Shown here piece by piece: positions 15,863 to 17,554 of a stretch of 17,554 nt of DNA. The stretch is from an uncultured Methanobacteriaceae archaeon (GTDB lineage: Archaea; Methanobacteriota; Methanobacteria; Methanobacteriales; Methanobacteriaceae). The DNA lies in the NCBI GenBank assembly GCA_964559295.1, contig CAZLGO010000033.1, forward strand, positions 1-17,554. Reading direction: 5' to 3'. Both the position numbers and the translations under genes were made by a program. How positions within the stretch are numbered: position 1 is the first letter of the stretch; each line of letters begins with the position of its first letter. The notes beneath the pieces were generated by a model. The model was not told the origin of the DNA and made no database searches. It saw nothing but the letters and a program-made list of their open reading frames with translations.

Positions 15863-17554
15863 TTGGAGAAAGCTAAGATATTAGTACAAGGGATAGTCCA
15901 AGGGGTCGGATTCAGGCCTACAGTTTACAGAATAGCAAAAAACATTGGAATCTGTGGTTTTGTAAGAAACGCTGGAAACAGCGTTGAGATCGTGGTTGAA
16001 GGTGAAAAAGAAAAAATAAAAAAATTTATCAAAGATTTAAAGTTAAAAAAACCGCCTCTATCCAAGATAACATCACTAAAGACAGAATGGATGAAATCTG
16101 GGGATAATAGATTCGAGGATTTTTTTATCCTTGAGAGCTCTGATGCTTATGCTGGTTCATCTGTGATTCCTCCTGACGTTGCAACATGCGATCAATGTTT
16201 AGAGGAGGTTTTAGACATTGAAGATCGCAGGTATCATTATCCATTTACAGCCTGTACCAACTGTGGACCCCGTTTTACAGTGATAAAATCCGTTCCATAT
16301 GATCGTGAAAGAACATCCATGGATGATTTTCCCCTCTGCAGAGATTGTATGGTGGAATACAAAAACCCAAAGGATCGCAGATACCATGCAGAGGCAACCT
16401 GCTGTCCTTTTTGCGGACCTTCTGTTTTTCTCTGGAAAGATGAGATAATAAAAACAGAAAATCCAATAAAGGAAGCTGTAAAACTTGCAGATGAAGGTAA
16501 AATAATTGCAGTTAAGGGAATTGGTGGGACTCACCTTCTCACAAAGACAACAGATGATGAACCTGTACTCAGTTTAAGAAAAAGGCTTGGAAGACCGCAT
16601 CAACCTTTTGCCTGCATGTCTCCTGATGCTGATATCATCAGAACCTTTGCAGATGTCTCAGAAACCGAAGAAGAGGTCCTAAAATCAATGAGAAGACCTA
16701 TAGTTGTATTAAGGAAGAATGAAAATTATTATCTATCTCCTTTTGTCTCACCAAAGCTTCACACAATAGGTGTTATGCTGCCTTACTCCGCACTGCATCA
16801 TCTTTTATTTATGTATTCTAAAGATCCTGCCTATGTAATGACATCTGCAAACAAGCCAGGAGAACCTATGCTCATAGAAAACGATTCTATAATAAAAAAA
16901 CTTGATGGAATTGCAGATTATTTTCTCCTTCATGACAGAAGAATCATAAACAGATGTGACGATTCTGTTATAAGATTTAGAGACGATGATTTAGCTTTTA
17001 TAAGAAGATCAAGGGGTTATGTGCCAGAACCATACGATTTTTCCTTTGTTAGGGATATCAAGGTGCTTGCCCTGGGACCTGAGATTGATGTAACATTTTC
17101 CCTTGTTAAAGATGGAAAGTGTTATGTATCCCAGTACATTGGAAATACAAAAAAGTATGAGACCTTCAAATATCTTAAAGAGTCAATAGACTACATGATG
17201 GGCATAACCCAGACAAATGAAATAGATGTAGTAGCATGTGACCTTCATCCAAGATTTTTAACAACAAAACTTGCCCATGATTTAGGGGATAAGTTTGGGT
17301 GCGATGTTCTTAGGGTTCAGCATCATCATGCTCATGCTGCATCTTTGTGTGTTGATTTTGAAATTTCTGAGATGATATGCATAGCCTCAGATGGTGTGGG
17401 TTATGGAGAAGATGGATCGATATGGGGTGGAGAGATCCTACATGTGAAAGACGATGAATATGAAAGATTAGGTGGGTTGATGCCGCAGCCAATGGCAGGT
17501 GGGGATTTAGCCACAAAATATCCGATAAGAATGGTCATGGGGATGATATATGAT
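15863..17554 (+). CDS. hypF: [NiFe]-hydrogenase maturation carbamoyltransferase HypF (5' portion; continues beyond the window)
   Basis: Own translation from TTG 15863: (M)[46 protein letters not shown] (acylphosphatase domain). Two CxxC...CxxC zinc-finger repeats (CDQCLEEV...CTNCGPRFT; CRDCMVEY...CPFCGPS). YrdC-like [12 protein letters not shown], then the Kae1-like domain. Open to the end of the window, hence absent from the ORF track. The only in-frame start after the upstream stop is TTG. Confidence 0.9.
   Translation, partial: MEKAKILVQGIVQGVGFRPTVYRIAKNIGICGFVRNAGNSVEIVVEGEKEKIKKFIKDLKLKKPPLSKITSLKTEWMKSGDNRFEDFFILESSDAYAGSSVIPPDVATCDQCLEEVLDIEDRRYHYPFTACTNCGPRFTVIKSVPYDRERTSMDDFPLCRDCMVEYKNPKDRRYHAEATCCPFCGPSVFLWKDEIIKTENPIKEAVKLADEGKIIAVKGIGGTHLLTKTTDDEPVLSLRKRLGRPHQPFACMSPDADIIRTFADVSETEEEVLKSMRRPIVVLRKNENYYLSPFVSPKLHTIGVMLPYSALHHLLFMYSKDPAYVMTSANKPGEPMLIENDSIIKKLDGIADYFLLHDRRIINRCDDSVIRFRDDDLAFIRRSRGYVPEPYDFSFVRDIKVLALGPEIDVTFSLVKDGKCYVSQYIGNTKKYETFKYLKESIDYMMGITQTNEIDVVACDLHPRFLTTKLAHDLGDKFGCDVLRVQHHHAHAASLCVDFEISEMICIASDGVGYGEDGSIWGGEILHVKDDEYERLGGLMPQPMAGGDLATKYPIRMVMGMIYD

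Noticed and set aside
16211-17516. Minus-strand ORFs 16211..16534, 16275..16466, 17310..17516
   Set aside because: Antisense within hypF, which is open on the plus strand through the end of the window.

Overview
This AT-rich window (~33% GC) looks like a euryarchaeal chromosome, probably a methanogen, and it is mostly housekeeping with a few unusual features. The lineage call is an inference from gene content and promoter style. Several genes have TATA-like boxes ~25-30 bp upstream of their ATG, suggesting leaderless transcripts. The family-B DNA polymerase stops right after motif C, as in the split PolB1 of Methanobacteriales. LarB, HypF, flavodoxins and a nitroreductase are present.

Coding and RNA genes, in order:
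- (-) partial flippase-like membrane protein, 1..278
- (-) YfcE/MJ0936-type metallophosphoesterase
- (+) a degraded MFS transporter pseudogene, ~837..1950
- (+) SPFH/band-7 protein
- (+) TrkH-TrkA K+ uptake pair
- (+) membrane metal-dependent hydrolase (DUF457-like)
- (-) long PIG-L/LmbE-type deacetylase
- (-) double zinc-ribbon membrane protein with an FxLYD-like C-terminal domain
- (-) MBL-fold hydrolase
- (-) tRNA-Trp(CCA) with a 65-nt intron
- (-) tRNA-Cys(GCA)
- (-) a truncated flavodoxin-like ORF followed by an intact flavodoxin
- ~1.2 kb non-coding AT-rich region
- (+) family-B DNA polymerase large fragment
- (+) tiny Cys-rich ferredoxin-like ORF
- (-) nitroreductase
- (-) LarB, the nickel-pincer cofactor enzyme
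- (+) 5' part of HypF

The most notable non-protein feature is the tRNA-Trp intron. It carries a complete box C/D guide RNA (C, D', C', D) whose D-guide pairs with the anticodon loop and places C34 at the fifth nucleotide from box D. No defence island, CRISPR array or mobile element is evident. Other observations are the 1.2-kb gene-free region with repeated GTTTTAAAC-like motifs upstream of polB, two hairpins with related arms, a 14-bp palindrome in the PIG-L promoter region and an in-frame-extendable TGA in the truncated flavodoxin.
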